NCBI GenBank assembly: GCA_964187785.1
Contig: OZ076409.1
Coordinates: 63,614,001-63,678,000, forward strand
Direction: 5' to 3'
DNA from: Amphiscolops sp. MND2022
Lineage: Eukaryota
Length of the DNA: 64,000 bases
Below, piece after piece: positions 61,638 through 64,000 of this stretch (position 1 is the stretch's first letter; each line of letters begins with the position of its first letter). A model generated the notes under the pieces. It saw only the letters and a program-made list of their open reading frames with translations. It was not told the origin of the DNA and made no database searches. Made by a program: the position numbers and the translations under genes.

Positions 61638-62725
61638 AATGACCAGCCTCTGTCAACAGATACAAGAAGCTTCATATATGCTGATGACCGTACCACGCTT
61701 GCTCAAGGTAAAAATAAACGCGAAGTGGAGGGAAAGCTGATGAAGTGCCTGTCAGAGCTTAGCGACTACTATCATGCGAACAGGTTGAAAGCGAACCCCG
61801 GGAAAACAGTCAGTTGTATGTTCCACCTGAATAATCGCCAAGCCGCACATGCCTTAGAACTTCAATGGAACAGTGTCAAAATTGAACATGATGCAGGTCC
61901 CAAATATCTTTGTGTAACGCTAGACCGAACGTTGAGTTTCAAGCAACACTGTGACAACTTTGCTGGTAAAATACAATCCAGAAACAACTTGCTTTCAAAA
62001 CTAGCAAATTCGAGGTGGGGAGCTAACCCTCACGTAATGAGAACCACTGCATTGGCAATGTGTTACTCAGTGGCTGAATACGCATGCCCGGTCTGGCTCG
62101 ACAGCACCCACTCGAAGCTCATCGATGTCGCCCTCAATGAAACCTGCCGAAAAATAACAGGATGCATGAAAAGTAGCTCCATCAATCAACTGTACAACCT
62201 CAGCGGGATAGCCCCGCCCTTGATACGGAGGAAATGCCATCTGATGACCGAGAAACAGAAACAGGAGACTGACCCACGACATCCACTGTATGGTGCGCTT
62301 CCATCGGATCGAAGACTCAAGTCAAGATACAGCTTTCTGAACAAAGAGTTCGCTCTCCAATTGCCACCTGAGAAATACAAAGAACGTTTCTGGCGTCTCG
62401 AAAACAAAAATAACTTCTACCCTACCAACTATCGCGAGGCCCTACCACCCGGAGGTTCCCTGAAATGGTGCACATGGAAAACACTGAACAGGCTTAGATG
62501 TCTGAAAGGAAGAAGCAAGGACACGCTAAAAAAGTGGGGCGTAATCACAGACAACAAATGTGCTTGTGGTGAGGTGCAAACAATGGAGCACATTGTCCGA
62601 AGCAGCGGACTCACCATGGACCAGTTGTTCGAAGCTACTCCAGAAGCCGTTCAACTAGCTGAGAAGTGGCAAGCAACTCTTTGATTTAGACTTGTGGCAT
62701 TGGGATGGACACGACGATGATGATG
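61638..62725 (+). mobile_element. 5'-truncated RTE-X-like LINE with open RT C-terminal ORF (to 62684)
   Basis: YADD, KANPGKT, WGANPHVMRTTALA...AEYACPVW, RLKSR and CACGEVQTMEH. (GAT)n tail and 14-bp TSD aacagtgcctcaca (61624-61637 and 62726-62739). Confidence 0.9.
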
Positions 62726-63089
62726 AACAGTGCCTCACATGTGTAACAATAGAAATAAAAATTTCAAAATTCCTTGTTAAGCTGCAGGAACATAAACTCT
62801 ATTCAACCGTAAATATTCAGTAAATTGTTACATTCTGTAGAAATTTTTGACTCGCCCAATTGAAACCGAAAGATCACGCCAAGGCAGGAAAAAATCGTTT
62901 CAATTTTCCTTCTTACTGTTACATTTCATGTATGTGCTTCAACAAAGTAAGCATCAATTATGTTATTAAAGTCACGCAGTGGAAATTGGTTTCATTATCT
63001 CATAGCATAAAAACTTTGTAAATATCTTAGATATTCAAAAATCAAGATCAATGAGTTATTCAATCTACACTTAGTAAGGGTGAAAATTT

Positions 63090-63630
63090 TGGATTCATGA
63101 ATAGATGGATATTCGTGTCGCAAAAAAGCATGGGTCAGTCACGACCGTTTCTCGAATTCTAAAGCTGAATCTGTTACCACGAGGTAGAGCAGGTCGATTG
63201 CCAAAGTTATCCGAACAAGACACGCGAAGTTACACGAGACATCTCTTCTAGAAAAACAGAAATAGCATTTCTACTTGCACGTGACATATCAGTTAAGACA
63301 GTGCAAACTGCATACTGAAAATCTGCAGAGGTTTGCTTAGGATGGCTGGCTTGTAATCGAAAACGAGAAAAAAACGTTTCTGCATAACAGAAAACGAAGA
63401 CTTGATTTCGCCTAAAATTATGCTAGTTGGGTAGACTTAGGAGTGTTATAAGATCTGACGCGACAAAATATAAACCGAACGGGTACAAATGCGATGAAGT
63501 GGACGTTTTGGAGCTGAATTGTGCACCACAATATCAAGGTACGTGTATACATGGCGGGGAAAGCTTAATGATCTGGGGTTGCATGTCATGGAATGGTGTT
63601 AGGCATGCATGCAAGATCGATGGTTTCAAT
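63090..63630 (+). mobile_element. Degenerate Tc1-like transposase fragment
   Basis: RSDATKY (WSDETKF-like) and HGGESLMIWGCMSWNGVRHACKIDG. Confidence 0.7.
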
Positions 63631-64000
63631 TTCCTAATCAGTTCTTTGTTCTTTTTCCTCTAATTTATAGTCACCAAAATGTAATATTTAAATTTTTGCA
63701 AAAACTTGTTTCATATACATATAGTCCTGAACTGACAGTTTCCACTTTAAATAGTAGAAACCCTTTAATTGAGTATAAAAAGGATAATTGGGGTCCGTGC
63801 TTAATGTTTTTTTTTCAGGAAATACCTAAAACAATTTTTTCTCAATTTTGAGAAAATCCTTTGGTGCTTCGCCAAAATTTCCTTGTCGCTTCTCAAGATT
63901 TTTTTATAGCTGACGTTTCTTCTAATTCCAATTTTTTTTCCAACCGGAAAAAAGGCGAGTAGTTTTGAAAAAAGTAATTGAAAATAACGAAGAGTGAGCT

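Overview
Eukaryotic (invertebrate metazoan-like, AT-rich) genomic DNA with two spliced host genes arranged head-to-head: a 4-exon MMD/PAQR (haemolysin-III/CREST family) membrane-protein gene on the minus strand (4572-10256, 273 aa) and a 5-exon CHIC1/2 (cysteine-rich hydrophobic domain) gene on the plus strand (49482-58909, 166 aa). They are separated by a ~39 kb island of nested transposable elements that contains a 200-N assembly gap (18217-18416), so their spacing and relative orientation depend on scaffolding. The island and introns hold three Ty1/copia families (all with a half-tRNA-iMet primer site), hAT elements, Penelope ends with hammerhead ribozymes, CRE, RTE-X and other LINE fragments, a Gypsy gag remnant, Tc1/pogo relics, several MITE families, Helentron/DINE-like elements forming a 3 x ~2.8 kb array, and several tandem duplications. 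Best structural finding: three pairs of displaced target-site duplications show that an 881-bp segment (45197-46077) was inverted by recombination between two oppositely oriented foldback MITEs and then partly duplicated. No prokaryotic system (CRISPR etc.) is supported. All family assignments come from motif recognition by eye, not database searches.
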